This document shows positions 19,333 to 29,779 of a stretch of 64,000 bases of DNA, one piece after another. The stretch covers positions 41,860-105,859 of the forward strand of contig JAPLFQ010000019.1 in the NCBI GenBank assembly GCA_026390595.1, read 5' to 3'. The first letter of the stretch is position 1. Each line of letters begins with the position of its first letter. The stretch is from Ignavibacteriales bacterium. Its GTDB lineage: Bacteria; Bacteroidota; Ignavibacteria; UBA10030. The notes below the pieces were generated by a model that was given only the letters and a program-made list of their open reading frames with translations, ran no database searches and was not told the origin of the DNA. Both the position numbers and the translations under genes were made by a program.

Positions 19333-19347
19333 GGCATAGATATTGAA
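19333..19347 (+). promoter_or_regulatory. Possible sigma54 (-24/-12) promoter
   Basis: GGCATAGATATTGAA matches GGCA-N6-TTG, with A rather than C at -12; lies ~75 bp upstream of the pilin-like gene. Confidence 0.4.
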
Positions 19348-19421
19348 TATCTGGGAGCAGCGGATTCCGCATCCTGATGATGGGGAGTACGATTCTTGTG
19401 TACATCCCGGAGAGATAACCC

Positions 19422-19808
19422 ATGGGTCAACAGCAGCTTCTGCTTGTCATTCTCGGCGTGATCATCGTTGGCTTTGCCATTGCCATCGGTATCAGTCTCT
19501 TCGGTGCCCAATCGGTCTCATCGAACCGTGATGCTATGATCAATGATATCAACCATCTCTCGATGGTCGCGTATCAATTTCGAATCAGCCTTCGCTCGAT
19601 GGGTGGTGGTGAAGGTGACTTCAGCACGTTCGTCATTCCTCTGCAAATGAAAAGCAACAGCAATGGACTGTATTCCGTCACCAACGCACAGGTCAATACG
19701 CTGACATTCAAAGCGACGTCAGCAAATGACGCCTCGAACACGATTACTGTCACGGTTGACAGCAACGGCAGGCTTGGCAGTCTGACCTTCGGAGGAGATT
19801 TCCAGTAA
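19422..19808 (+). CDS. Pilin-like small protein (MGQQQLLL family)
   Basis: Hydrophobic N-terminal helix GQQQLLLVILGVIIVGFAIAIGISLF, then an amphipathic helix and a beta-rich C-terminus. Confidence 0.8.
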   Translation: MGQQQLLLVILGVIIVGFAIAIGISLFGAQSVSSNRDAMINDINHLSMVAYQFRISLRSMGGGEGDFSTFVIPLQMKSNSNGLYSVTNAQVNTLTFKATSANDASNTITVTVDSNGRLGSLTFGGDFQ

Positions 19809-19985
19809 CACCCTTATTGTTTTTCTCACCACGGCGCCCGGTTCGAGATTCGCGTGTTTCATGCGAAACGATGTTCGGGCGTTTCTCTTTGCTGGCTTTC
19901 CATCGTCCCCGCTTGTTCCTCCCCCTCGTTCAACACCGTCGTCCGATGTGAGTGCTGCACGCACGTTCGGGCCTTGAACTTTCCT

Positions 19986-20014
19986 TTGCCATTTCCCTTA
20001 TCGTTCTCTATATT
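19986..20014 (+). promoter_or_regulatory. sigma70-type promoter
   Basis: TTGCCA-N17-TATATT. Confidence 0.55.
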
Positions 20015-20075
20015 GGTCGCGATCACTCACCCCTCGTAGGCCAGCTTATTTCTACCAACATCGAGGCCACACCGC

Positions 20076-22127
20076 ATGAACATGTGCCGTACTGTATTCC
20101 TCGTCTTCGTCCTCCTTGCCTCACAGAGCTTTTCACAATCCAACCAGGATTTGCTCAGTTCCAGGATCAGGGATCTTCTGCACGAATCCCTCAGCGGAGA
20201 ACTTGCGAAGGAGCACGTCATTCAGATCAGTCGCCACCACAGGATCCAAGGCTCACGCGGATACCGTGCTGCGGCGCACTATGTCCTGGATCAACTCCGC
20301 TCCTACGGCTACACCGACAAGGACGCGACGATCGAATCATTTAAATCCGACGGCCGTGCGATGTATCAGACCTGGCAGTCCCCTTCCGGATGGGACATTA
20401 CCTGGGGCGAATTGAGGATGATTGAGCCCTACGAAGAACGGATAGTGGGATACCCGGAGATCGCGATGAGCGTCATGACTTATTCCAACGCAGGCGATGC
20501 CACAGCTCCGCTTGTCTGGGTCGGGGGAGGTACGAGTGACGAGGACTACAAGGGGAAAGACGTCGCAGGCAAGATCGTGCTTGCGACCGGATACGGGGGC
20601 GAGGTGCACAGGCTGGCTGTGCTCAAGTACGGGGCCAAAGCTGTCGTTTGTTACCTCGACGATGATCGGGCGAAGGACCATCCCGACATGCTGCAATACA
20701 CCGGCATGTGGCCTAAGACGCAAGAGCTGGAGCGCGTGACGTTTGGGTTTAACCTGAGCCATCGACAAGGCGAGAAGCTCCGCGATCTGATCCTGAGCGG
20801 AAGCAAGGTTGTTGTGAGGGGCCAGGTGAAAGGGATCGGGCTCGAGCCCTACTTCATGGATGTTGTTGTTGCCCGCTTGCGGGGTTCGGAGAAACCGGAG
20901 GAGGAGATCGTCCTGAGCGCCCATCTCGACCATCCGAAGGAATCTGCCAACGACAACGCCAGCGGTTCCGCCGCCATCCTGGACATTGCCCGCACGCTCA
21001 AGGAACTGACAGACTCCGGGCGGATACCGAAACTGAAACGCTCGGTTCGTTTTGTCTGGGTTCCCGAATGGAACGGCACAATGCCATACATCGATGCTCA
21101 TCCTGAACTTGTTGGCCCGGAATTGGGCGGGAAATTCCTCGCCAATCTGAACATGGACATGGTCGGCGAGAACGAAGAGCTTCTCCATTCCAAGCTCATC
21201 ATGACAAGGACTCCCAACTCCATTCCCTCGGCGCTGATCGACGTCATGGAAAACATGACGCAGATGGTCGACGGTCTGAACATCAGAACCCCTCGGGGGA
21301 GCCTCTCTGAATTCAACTATCGTATCGTGCCTTACTCGGGCGGAAGTGACCACATGATGTTCATCGATCGGAAAGTACCCGGCGTGATGATGGTCCACGG
21401 TCCTGACTATACCCATCACACCTCAGACGATACTCCCGACAAAGTCGATCCCGTCGAACTGGCGAGGAGCGAAATGATAGCTGCCGGAACTGTCGTGTTT
21501 CTCTCCAATGTGTCCACGAATGAGGCTCTCGATCTGGTCCATCTGGCAGGCGCGAACGCAACACAGAGGCTCGGCCAGGCCGGACGGAACGCGGCCAGGT
21601 TGGTTCTGGATTCACCTTCCGATCGAATACCGACCGTTTACGGGGAAGCTGCAACCGTTGTTGACGAAAACGCCCGCATCGCGAAAGAGGGACTGTCGAC
21701 AATTCTCTGGTTCAACAGCGAAACCGAGGTCCAGCGGGCAATCAAGAAATCAAACGAACAGATCGGCTTGTACGCGAATGCGCTTCTGGAAGAGGTCAAG
21801 CAAGGGGCGTCGAAGCAGCTCGGTTCGAAGAGCATTCCGGCGCTTCGTCCTGCCGTTGATACCAGGGTCCCGGTTCGCCTGACACGAGGCCCGCTTGATT
21901 TTGGACTGCCGGAGAGCAAGTTACTGAAAGCAGGAGCCCCAACAGGGGCGCCCCGCTATCAGCTAAACGGTGACGTCCGTTTTGAAATCCCGAACTTCAT
22001 CGATGGCAAAAGGAACGTTTCCGATATCCAGCGTGTGTTGACGGGCGAATTTGGCAGCGCCGCGATCGAAGGATTTGACAGGTTTATTGAAGATCTTGTG
22101 AAGGTGGGTGTGGTGAAGTGGAAGTGA
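20076..22127 (+). CDS. M28 family metallopeptidase with PA domain (DUF4910-like)
   Basis: Signal peptide. SAHLDH, ANDNASG, VPEWNG, NMDMVG, GGSDH, HHTSDD. Confidence 0.88.
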   Translation: MNMCRTVFLVFVLLASQSFSQSNQDLLSSRIRDLLHESLSGELAKEHVIQISRHHRIQGSRGYRAAAHYVLDQLRSYGYTDKDATIESFKSDGRAMYQTWQSPSGWDITWGELRMIEPYEERIVGYPEIAMSVMTYSNAGDATAPLVWVGGGTSDEDYKGKDVAGKIVLATGYGGEVHRLAVLKYGAKAVVCYLDDDRAKDHPDMLQYTGMWPKTQELERVTFGFNLSHRQGEKLRDLILSGSKVVVRGQVKGIGLEPYFMDVVVARLRGSEKPEEEIVLSAHLDHPKESANDNASGSAAILDIARTLKELTDSGRIPKLKRSVRFVWVPEWNGTMPYIDAHPELVGPELGGKFLANLNMDMVGENEELLHSKLIMTRTPNSIPSALIDVMENMTQMVDGLNIRTPRGSLSEFNYRIVPYSGGSDHMMFIDRKVPGVMMVHGPDYTHHTSDDTPDKVDPVELARSEMIAAGTVVFLSNVSTNEALDLVHLAGANATQRLGQAGRNAARLVLDSPSDRIPTVYGEAATVVDENARIAKEGLSTILWFNSETEVQRAIKKSNEQIGLYANALLEEVKQGASKQLGSKSIPALRPAVDTRVPVRLTRGPLDFGLPESKLLKAGAPTGAPRYQLNGDVRFEIPNFIDGKRNVSDIQRVLTGEFGSAAIEGFDRFIEDLVKVGVVKWK

Positions 22128-22169
22128 ATTTGATACAGCAGCCTAATCTCTGAATTGAGGAACCTCCTT

Positions 22170-24182
22170 ATGAAATCTGCTATGAGAGCAAGCGTCAGTC
22201 TGATCGTTGCCGTGCTCGCGGTGACATCGTGTGCCAGCGGCCAAACCATCTTCAAAGATCCGCTGAGTCCGCGTATTGCCTCGTACAAGATCTCCGTCAC
22301 GCTCGACGCAGCCCAAAAGATGCTAAACGGGAAAGAGACTCTGACGTGGCGTAACACGTCAACCGACCGTGTCGGGGAGCTGCAGTTCCATCTCTATTTC
22401 AACGGCTTTAAGAACACCGCATCGACGTTTATGAAGGAATCAGGCGGCGTCAATCGGGGTTTTGAACTTGCGGAAGGAGGGTGGGGCTGGATCGATGTGA
22501 CCTCTATGAAGACCGCCGATGGCGAAGACCTGATGAGTCGCATCCAGTATATTCAGCCCGACGATGGCAACGACAAGGACCAGACGGTCATACGTGTTCC
22601 ATTGTCGAAGCCCGTGCTTCCCGGCCAGACAATTCAGCTGAACCTGGCATTCACTGCGAAGCTGCCAAGGGTATTCGCACGAACCGGTTACTATCAGAAC
22701 TTCTTCATGATAGGTCAGTGGTTTCCGAAAATCGGCGTCTACGAAGCGGCCGGCCAGAGATATGCCACGAAAGGGGGGTGGAACTGTCATCAATTCCATG
22801 CCAATACAGAATTCTTCGCCGACTATGGCGTCTATGATGTGGATATGACCGTGCCGAAGGAATACGTAGTCGGAGCGACCGGGCTCCTCTCCGGCGTCAA
22901 GGACAACGGCGACGGTACGAAAACGGTGACGCATCACGCGGAGGACGTTCACGATTTTGCCTGGACGGCCTCGCCGTCCTATGTCGATCTCAGCGATCAG
23001 TGGAAGCACGTGAAGATACGAGTGTTGATGCAGCCGCAACGCGTGCATCAGGCCCAGCGATATTTTGAATCTGTGAAAGCGGCGCTGGAGTATTTTGAGA
23101 ACCATGTCGGGAAGTACCCCTACCCGAACGTCACCGTCGTCGATCCCGCCTACGGAGCATCCGGTGCCGGGGGAATGGAATATCCGACACTCATCACAGC
23201 CGGGTCGATGTGGGGGATCGGCAAGTTCGCGAAGTTCGCCGAACTCGTCACCGTCCACGAATTTGGGCATCAGTACTGGTATGGTCTGGTGGGCAGCAAT
23301 GAATTCGAAGAAGCGTGGATGGACGAAGGGATCAATCAGTACTATGAGACCCGCATCATGGATCACGCGTATGGGAAGAAGACTTCAACGATAGAGTTCC
23401 CCGGTTTCAGAGCAGGCGATTTGGAAACGACCAGGATGGGGTACACGGGTATGCGCAACCCCAAGATTGCCCCGACCGGGACGCTCGGATGGGAGTTCAA
23501 GCAAGGGGGATACGGCAACCTAACGTACCAGAAGACGGCTGTCTTTATGTCGACTCTTGAGCGGCTCATTGGTCAGGCGGTGATGGACACGCTCATGAAG
23601 ACCTACTTCGAGCGGTGGAAATTCAAGCATCCTTCCGGCAGAGATTTCATCGCAGTCGTGAATGAAATCGTCCCAAAGTATCACGGGAACAAGTTCGGGA
23701 AGGACCTCAACTGGTACTTCGACGAGGTTCTCTACGGCACGGATGTATGCGATTATGAGTTGAGCCTCATAGAAAACAAAGAAGCCCGGGCTCCTCAGGG
23801 GCTTGTCGACGACAAGGGGAAAAAGGTCCAGCTCAGTTCGGGAAAGGATAGCTCCAAGTCAGCGAAGCTGTATGAATCGAGAGTGGTCGCCATCAGAACT
23901 GGCGAAATAAAGCTGCCAACGTCGGTTCTCGTGCATTTCGACAACGGGCAGGAGGTGCGAGAGCCCTGGGACGGACAAAGTCGATGGGTGGAGTTCAAGT
24001 ATGCTCGGCCTGAGAAGATCGTTTGGGCGACCGTTGATCCCGACACCGCTCTCGTCATCGACAGGAACTGGAACAACAACAGCAAGACGACAGAAACAGC
24101 TGTTGCTCCCATTTGGAAATACACCATCAAATTTCTGTTTTGGTTTCAGAATATGCTGCAGCTTGGTGGGATGATTGGATGA
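22170..24182 (+). CDS. M1 family aminopeptidase
   Basis: QWFPK, EDVHDFAW, GGMEYP, HEFGH...NEFEEAWMDEG (HEXXH-X18-E). Confidence 0.93.
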   Translation: MKSAMRASVSLIVAVLAVTSCASGQTIFKDPLSPRIASYKISVTLDAAQKMLNGKETLTWRNTSTDRVGELQFHLYFNGFKNTASTFMKESGGVNRGFELAEGGWGWIDVTSMKTADGEDLMSRIQYIQPDDGNDKDQTVIRVPLSKPVLPGQTIQLNLAFTAKLPRVFARTGYYQNFFMIGQWFPKIGVYEAAGQRYATKGGWNCHQFHANTEFFADYGVYDVDMTVPKEYVVGATGLLSGVKDNGDGTKTVTHHAEDVHDFAWTASPSYVDLSDQWKHVKIRVLMQPQRVHQAQRYFESVKAALEYFENHVGKYPYPNVTVVDPAYGASGAGGMEYPTLITAGSMWGIGKFAKFAELVTVHEFGHQYWYGLVGSNEFEEAWMDEGINQYYETRIMDHAYGKKTSTIEFPGFRAGDLETTRMGYTGMRNPKIAPTGTLGWEFKQGGYGNLTYQKTAVFMSTLERLIGQAVMDTLMKTYFERWKFKHPSGRDFIAVVNEIVPKYHGNKFGKDLNWYFDEVLYGTDVCDYELSLIENKEARAPQGLVDDKGKKVQLSSGKDSSKSAKLYESRVVAIRTGEIKLPTSVLVHFDNGQEVREPWDGQSRWVEFKYARPEKIVWATVDPDTALVIDRNWNNNSKTTETAVAPIWKYTIKFLFWFQNMLQLGGMIG

Positions 24183-24219
24183 GAACGTCATTCTCGACTG
24201 AATAGAGGACTCGACTTTT

Positions 24220-25149
24220 ATGAGCATACTCAGAGCATTTTCCAACGGTATTCGGCGGGCAACCACAGAACCCAGAATGGTTCTCGCTTTGTACATAGTC
24301 AATCTTCTGATGGCACTTCCAGTGGCCCTGGCGTTCAGGGACGCTATGGTGGCTGGCTTCGGGGCTTCGATGGCCCCGGCCGGACTTATGGGCGGTCTCG
24401 ACTTCACTGTCCTCTCGGATTTCATGAATTTTCACGCAGCAGAGTTATCTGCCGTGTTCCGACAAATAACGTGGGCGATCGTCGTGTACATGCTCGTGAA
24501 TTCCTTCCTTGCCGGAGGAGTGTTGACCATCCTGCGCAAGGAATATGGTGGATACTCGACATCCGAGTTCTTCGAAGGCTGCGGCACTTATTTCGGGAGA
24601 TTTCTGCGCCTCTTTGTCGTGTGCGCAATCGTTCTGTTGCTCCTCGTCCTCATCATGACTCTGTTCTTGGCGATGCTCTCAAGCGTTTTCATTGAGGACT
24701 CAGCCTCCGAAGTCACGACCGTCGTGTTCACCATGGTGCAGATTGTTCTGTTCTTCCTTCCTGTGGTGCTCCTTCTGATGATAGCGGACTACACCAAGAT
24801 CAGCATCGTCGTGAACAATGAGCGAAGGGTGTTGAAAACTGCTTGGCGATCAATGAAATTTGTTTTCAGCCATTTGTTCAAGACCTTCGGACTTGAGCTC
24901 CTGATGCTGCTGGTTCCGGTTGTCCTGTTTGCGATCTACGCCCTTCTCGATCTCGCAATTGGCATGACAACCAACCTGACGATCGTCGTGATGCTGGTTA
25001 TCCAGCAGCTCTTCATCGCCTCGAGAGCCTGGACCAAAGTACTGTTTTTCGAAGGTGAGCGGTCGATGTTTGAAAGCCTTCAACCTGTTGTGTATGCAAA
25101 TATCGAAGGGGCTGGGAACCCACTTGCTGCCGAGCCCGTCAAGCCATGA
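24220..25149 (+). CDS. Multi-pass membrane protein
   Basis: About 6 hydrophobic segments; GAGGA SD. Confidence 0.75.
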   Translation: MSILRAFSNGIRRATTEPRMVLALYIVNLLMALPVALAFRDAMVAGFGASMAPAGLMGGLDFTVLSDFMNFHAAELSAVFRQITWAIVVYMLVNSFLAGGVLTILRKEYGGYSTSEFFEGCGTYFGRFLRLFVVCAIVLLLLVLIMTLFLAMLSSVFIEDSASEVTTVVFTMVQIVLFFLPVVLLLMIADYTKISIVVNNERRVLKTAWRSMKFVFSHLFKTFGLELLMLLVPVVLFAIYALLDLAIGMTTNLTIVVMLVIQQLFIASRAWTKVLFFEGERSMFESLQPVVYANIEGAGNPLAAEPVKP

Positions 25150-25204
25150 GTGAACGATATGACTTCGTTTCTTGTTTTACCCAGAGGTTTATAAGGAGAT
25201 AGAT

Positions 25205-26728
25205 ATGGAACACTTCAAAGAGAGTATGCTGAGCCTCATTTCGGAAACGTCGACCAATCTGCCCGCTGATGTCAGGAGAGCGATCAAAGACGCCGCGAAG
25301 AAGGAGAACAAGGGGACTCAATCGGACCTCGCCCTGCAGACGGTCGCCCTCAACATCGATATGGCTGCCACTGGATCGGCGCCAATTTGCCAGGACACCG
25401 GAATGCCGACATTCGAAATCAAAACGCCCGTCGGCGTCAACCAGATCGCGATGAAAAAACAGATCCTCGAGGCAATCGTCGAGGCCACCAAGCAGGGAAA
25501 ACTGCGCCCCAATACAGTCGATTCGCTGACCGGAAAGAACAGCGGCAACAACCTCGGTGAAGGCGCACCCGTCCTGCATTTCGAACAATGGGAAGAGCCG
25601 GACATCGAGGTGAAGTTGATTCTCAAAGGAGGCGGCTGTGAGAACAAGAACATCCAGTACTCGCTTCCCCAGGAGTTGCCAAACCTCGGACGGGCCGACA
25701 GAACCATCGACGGTGTGCGGAAGTGCATCATGCACGCAGTGTGGCAGGCGCAGGGACAGGGATGCAGTGTGGGCGCGCTCGGCGTAGCGATCGGTGGTGA
25801 TCGGGCATCAGGATATGGTTTTGCGAAGCAGCAGCTGTTCCGGGAACTCGACGACATTAATCCAAATCCGGAGCTGGCAAAGCTCGAAACGTATGTCATG
25901 GAAAATGCCAACAAACTAGGCATCGGGATGATGGGGTTCGGCGGCCAGGCGACGTTGATTGGATGCAAAGTCGGATCATTCCATCGCTTACCGGCCAGTT
26001 TCTTCGTCTCCGTTGCGTACGATTGCTGGGCCTATCGCCGACTCGGCGTGGTCATCGATCCGGCAACAGGCGGCGTCAAGCGGTGGCTCTATAAGGGAGA
26101 TTCGTCTGCGATGAAGATGGCGGCGGCCGAAAAACTGCCGCTGACCGGCCGGGAAATACGGCTCTCGACGCCGCTTTCGGAAACGCAGGTGCGCGCGCTC
26201 AAGGTCGGAGACGTTTTGTTGCTCAACGGCCCCATGCATATGGGCCGGGACGTTTTACACCATCATTTGATGACGCACGATTCTCCGGTCAGGCTGGACG
26301 GCGGCGCGATCTATCATTGCGGACCGGTAGCGTTGAAACGGGACGACAAGTGGTTCATGAATGCGGCCGGCCCAACCACAAGCATTCGCGAAGAACCGTA
26401 CCAGGGCGAGATCATCAAGAAGTTCAAGGCGCGGGCGATCATCGGAAAAGGAGGGATGGGGGCGAAGACACTTGCGGCGATGAAGGAAGTCGGAGCAGTC
26501 TATCTCAGCGCCATCGGAGGGGCGGCCCAGTACTATGCGAAGTGCATTGAAGAAGTGGAAGGAGTGGATTTGCTGGAGTTCGGAGTGCCCGAAGCGATGT
26601 GGCATGTCCGCGTGAAGGATTTCCTCGTCATCGTCACGATGGATTCCCATGGCAACAGTCTCCACGCTGAGGTGGAAAAGGCCTCGGCGGCAGAGCTTGC
26701 GAAGTTCGCCCAGCCCGTCACTCTTTGA
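25205..26728 (+). CDS. Class I (Fe-S) fumarate hydratase, fused alpha/beta domains
   Basis: PICQDTG, KGGGCENK, GRD, HCGP, AGPTTSIRE, IGKGGMG, PEAMW, MDSHGNSLH. Confidence 0.93.
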   Translation: MEHFKESMLSLISETSTNLPADVRRAIKDAAKKENKGTQSDLALQTVALNIDMAATGSAPICQDTGMPTFEIKTPVGVNQIAMKKQILEAIVEATKQGKLRPNTVDSLTGKNSGNNLGEGAPVLHFEQWEEPDIEVKLILKGGGCENKNIQYSLPQELPNLGRADRTIDGVRKCIMHAVWQAQGQGCSVGALGVAIGGDRASGYGFAKQQLFRELDDINPNPELAKLETYVMENANKLGIGMMGFGGQATLIGCKVGSFHRLPASFFVSVAYDCWAYRRLGVVIDPATGGVKRWLYKGDSSAMKMAAAEKLPLTGREIRLSTPLSETQVRALKVGDVLLLNGPMHMGRDVLHHHLMTHDSPVRLDGGAIYHCGPVALKRDDKWFMNAAGPTTSIREEPYQGEIIKKFKARAIIGKGGMGAKTLAAMKEVGAVYLSAIGGAAQYYAKCIEEVEGVDLLEFGVPEAMWHVRVKDFLVIVTMDSHGNSLHAEVEKASAAELAKFAQPVTL

Positions 26729-26734
26729 GCGGTT

Positions 26735-27085
26735 ATGACGGAGTTACTCACGGAGCCGGGGAAGCAGAGAATGAGGCTGGGCACGTACGAGCTCATTTGG
26801 GAAACTGTCCGGCATGTCCCCAAAGGCAAAGTGGCAACCTACGGTCAGATTGCTTCTGAAGCCGGATTCCCAAGGCAGCCGCGTCTGGTCGGTTACGCTC
26901 TTCATGCTCTTCCCCCTCGCTCAGGTGTCCCGTGGCACCGGGTGATCAATGCGAAGGGAAGAGTCTCGTTTCCCAAAGACAATGCTGCCTACAAGAAACA
27001 GCGACGACTTCTGAAAGCGGAAGGCATAGTCTTTCGGGGGGAGGCTGTGGACATGGAGCGATATGGCTGGCTGAGTGATCTTTGA
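26735..27085 (+). CDS. Alkyltransferase-like protein (ATL/YbaZ, MGMT family)
   Basis: VPKGKVATYGQIA; PWHRV (Trp replaces the catalytic Cys). Confidence 0.9.
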   Translation: MTELLTEPGKQRMRLGTYELIWETVRHVPKGKVATYGQIASEAGFPRQPRLVGYALHALPPRSGVPWHRVINAKGRVSFPKDNAAYKKQRRLLKAEGIVFRGEAVDMERYGWLSDL

Positions 27086-27106
27086 GGATGACACAGGAAT
27101 GCGGAT

Positions 27107-27607
27107 ATGGGTAAGCCTGAATATCCGGTGACAACGGCAATAAGAGTTCTTCGTGAGAAGAAGATAGATTTTCAGCCTCATGTGTACACGTACGAGGAAC
27201 ATGGCGGCACGAAGCACTCGGCGAGCGCCTTGAATGTATCCGAGCACGAGGTGGTGAAAACGCTCGTGATGCAGACCGACGAAAAGAAGCCGCTGATCGT
27301 CCTGATGCACGGCGACCGCGAAGTGTCGACGAAGCAACTCGCCCGGATCACCGGTGCGAAACGGATTGATCAATGCGATGAGGCGACTGCGCAGAGGCAC
27401 ACCGGCTATCAGTTCGGCGGGACAAGTCCTTTCGGCATACGCCACCCTCTTCCGATTTACGCGGAGCGGACGATTTTCCCCCTCCCACGAATCTTTGTCA
27501 ACGGCGGGAAGAGAGGGTTCCTGGTGGAAATTCAACCGTCTGACATGAAGAAAGCGTTCGAAGTGACTGAAGTTGACGTGGCGATCTCACCAACTGAACA
27601 ACGGTAG
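27107..27607 (+). CDS. ybaK: Cys-tRNA(Pro) deacylase
   Basis: VVKTLV, TGYQFGGTSPFG, NGGKRGFL. Confidence 0.9.
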   Translation: MGKPEYPVTTAIRVLREKKIDFQPHVYTYEEHGGTKHSASALNVSEHEVVKTLVMQTDEKKPLIVLMHGDREVSTKQLARITGAKRIDQCDEATAQRHTGYQFGGTSPFGIRHPLPIYAERTIFPLPRIFVNGGKRGFLVEIQPSDMKKAFEVTEVDVAISPTEQR

Positions 27608-27612
27608 AAAAC

Positions 27613-28851
27613 ATGAACATCATTGAATGGAGCACCGAGCTTCGATTGGCTTTGGCTCTGGCACTTGGCTTTCTCGTGGGCCTCGAGCGTGAGAGCACAA
27701 AAATCGAACAGGGGAGTGTGATCTTTGGTGGTGTGCGGACCTATCCCATTATCAGTCTGCTTGGTTTCGGGTGCGCCTGGCTTCAGCGTTATGGCGTGGG
27801 TTTGATGCTCCCCGTGGGTATGACGGTCATCGGAGCCCTGGCCGCCATAGCCTACATCACGAAAACAAAATCAGGTCATCATGGTTTCACGAGCGAAGCT
27901 TCCGCTCTTCTTACTTTTGTGGTGGGAGCTGTTGCGCTTCTCGCTGATGTCTGGATCGCTATGGCGTTGGCTGTCGTCAACACCGTCCTTCTCTCCGAGA
28001 AAGCTGAACTCGAAAAGTACCTCGACAGCTTCAACAAGGTAGAGTTCCTCGCCGTCGTCAAATTCATCCTGGTGACGGTTATTATCCTGCCGGTTCTGCC
28101 GAATCAGGACTACACCCCTTTCGGCCTCAATCCAACCCACATCTGGCAAATTGTGATCCTGGTTTCAAGCATAGGGTTCGTCGGATATTTCCTGTCGAAG
28201 CGATTTGGCAACAAAGTGAGCTTGTGGCTATCGGGGATTTTTGGCGGCATCGTATCGAGCACCGCCACGACGGTTGCGCTCGGCCGCATTGCCCGGAAAA
28301 GCCCGGAGCATTCGGGAATGGCCCTTCAGGCTGCCATCCTCGCCTCCAGCATGATGTATGTACGGATTCTCGTGCTGACCCTCATCATCAATCCCGCTTT
28401 TCTCCCGGTACTGTGGTGGAGATTGGCACTCCTTTTTCTTGTGGGGGTTGTTCTGTCGTTTCGCATTCGGCCATCAGGCGAGTCGGAGGAGAAGGCGGCT
28501 TTCCCCAACCTGCAAAATCCGTTCGAGATCCGGCCATCCATTGTGTTTGCTCTCGCGTTCGTATTGTTGATGATCATCACGAAACTGATCGAACAGCGGC
28601 TGGGAAGCACGGGACTTCTGGTTCTTTCCACAGTCGTCGGGTTCACAGACATTACGCCGTACGTCCTGTCCCTTCTGCATCCTTCCGCTGCAATGGCCCG
28701 GTCTGTCGTCCTCGCCCTGACGGTCGCGATGATGAGCAATACGACTGCAAAGGCGATCTACTTTGCGTCGATCGTCCCTGAAGCGCGCAGGGAGACATTT
28801 CTCCGCTACGGCGTCTGGGCAGCATTACACATCCCACTCCTGGTTGTGTAG
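27613..28851 (+). CDS. MgtC/SapB family membrane protein with DUF4010
   Basis: LGFLVGLERE, GGVRTYP, HGFTSE, GGIVSSTATT, NPFE. Confidence 0.88.
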   Translation: MNIIEWSTELRLALALALGFLVGLERESTKIEQGSVIFGGVRTYPIISLLGFGCAWLQRYGVGLMLPVGMTVIGALAAIAYITKTKSGHHGFTSEASALLTFVVGAVALLADVWIAMALAVVNTVLLSEKAELEKYLDSFNKVEFLAVVKFILVTVIILPVLPNQDYTPFGLNPTHIWQIVILVSSIGFVGYFLSKRFGNKVSLWLSGIFGGIVSSTATTVALGRIARKSPEHSGMALQAAILASSMMYVRILVLTLIINPAFLPVLWWRLALLFLVGVVLSFRIRPSGESEEKAAFPNLQNPFEIRPSIVFALAFVLLMIITKLIEQRLGSTGLLVLSTVVGFTDITPYVLSLLHPSAAMARSVVLALTVAMMSNTTAKAIYFASIVPEARRETFLRYGVWAALHIPLLVV

Positions 28852-28883
28852 AGTTCTCGCGCTAGGCAAACAAACGTTATTCA

Positions 28884-29711
28884 ATGAGGTGGTTCGTGGA
28901 GCTATCGATTTACCGGCACTTGTGGGGTATTACCGAAGCGTGGGAAACGCTCTTTCCAAGAATCCGTGCCCTCGGATATCAGGGGATTGAACATATATTG
29001 CCCGAGGACGCGGACCGCGATCGATTCCGCGGCCTTCTCGATGAGCATCGATTCAAATACATAGCACAGATCATTACGACGGGAGTTACGGTCGAAGACC
29101 ATATCCGAAGTTTTCGCCAGAACGTTGAACGGGCCGCGGCCATGAATCCGCAAACCATCAACTGCCATTCCGGATGTGATTGGTTCTCGGATGAACAATC
29201 GAAGAAGTACTTTGGAGAGGCTCTCGAATTCGAAGCGAAGGTCGGAATTCCGGTGGCTCACGAGACGCATCGCGGTCGAATCCTCTACAACCCATGGACC
29301 ACGGAAAAACTCCTGAGACAATTCCCCGGGCTCAAGCTCAGCTGCGATTTCAGCCATTGGGTTGTCATCAGTGAACGTTTGCTGGAGACTGAGCTCGAAA
29401 TCATCGCCCGGAGCGCGGAACGGTGCATCCACATTCATGCTCGGGTCGGATATGAGGAGGGACCGCAGGTGCCGGATCCGCGGGCTCCGGAATACGAGAG
29501 GCATGTCTTGGCGCACGAGCGGTGGTGGGATATGATCTGGGATGCCCAGCAGCGAAGAGGTGTGAAGGAATCGACTCTCACACCGGAGTTCGGGGCGCCC
29601 GACTATATGCACACGCTGCCGTACACGAAGACACCGGTTGCCGATCTCTGGGACATATGCAATTGGCAGGCAGACCGGCAGCGATCGCGGTTTCTGACCC
29701 GATCAAAATAG
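28884..29711 (+). CDS. Xylose-isomerase-like TIM barrel (sugar phosphate isomerase/epimerase family)
   Basis: INCHSG, HETHRGR, DFSHW, HIHARVG, TPEFG. Confidence 0.85.
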   Translation: MRWFVELSIYRHLWGITEAWETLFPRIRALGYQGIEHILPEDADRDRFRGLLDEHRFKYIAQIITTGVTVEDHIRSFRQNVERAAAMNPQTINCHSGCDWFSDEQSKKYFGEALEFEAKVGIPVAHETHRGRILYNPWTTEKLLRQFPGLKLSCDFSHWVVISERLLETELEIIARSAERCIHIHARVGYEEGPQVPDPRAPEYERHVLAHERWWDMIWDAQQRRGVKESTLTPEFGAPDYMHTLPYTKTPVADLWDICNWQADRQRSRFLTRSK

Positions 29712-29718
29712 GCCCGAC

Positions 29719-29752
29719 AAAAAAGAACCTCTCTGAATTAGAGAGGTTCTTT
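29719..29752. terminator. Bidirectional intrinsic terminator
   Basis: AAAAAAGAACCTCTCT-GAATT-AGAGAGGTTCTT between convergent genes. Confidence 0.8.
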
Positions 29753-29779
29753 GGTTGAACATTTGGTGACATATGTGTG

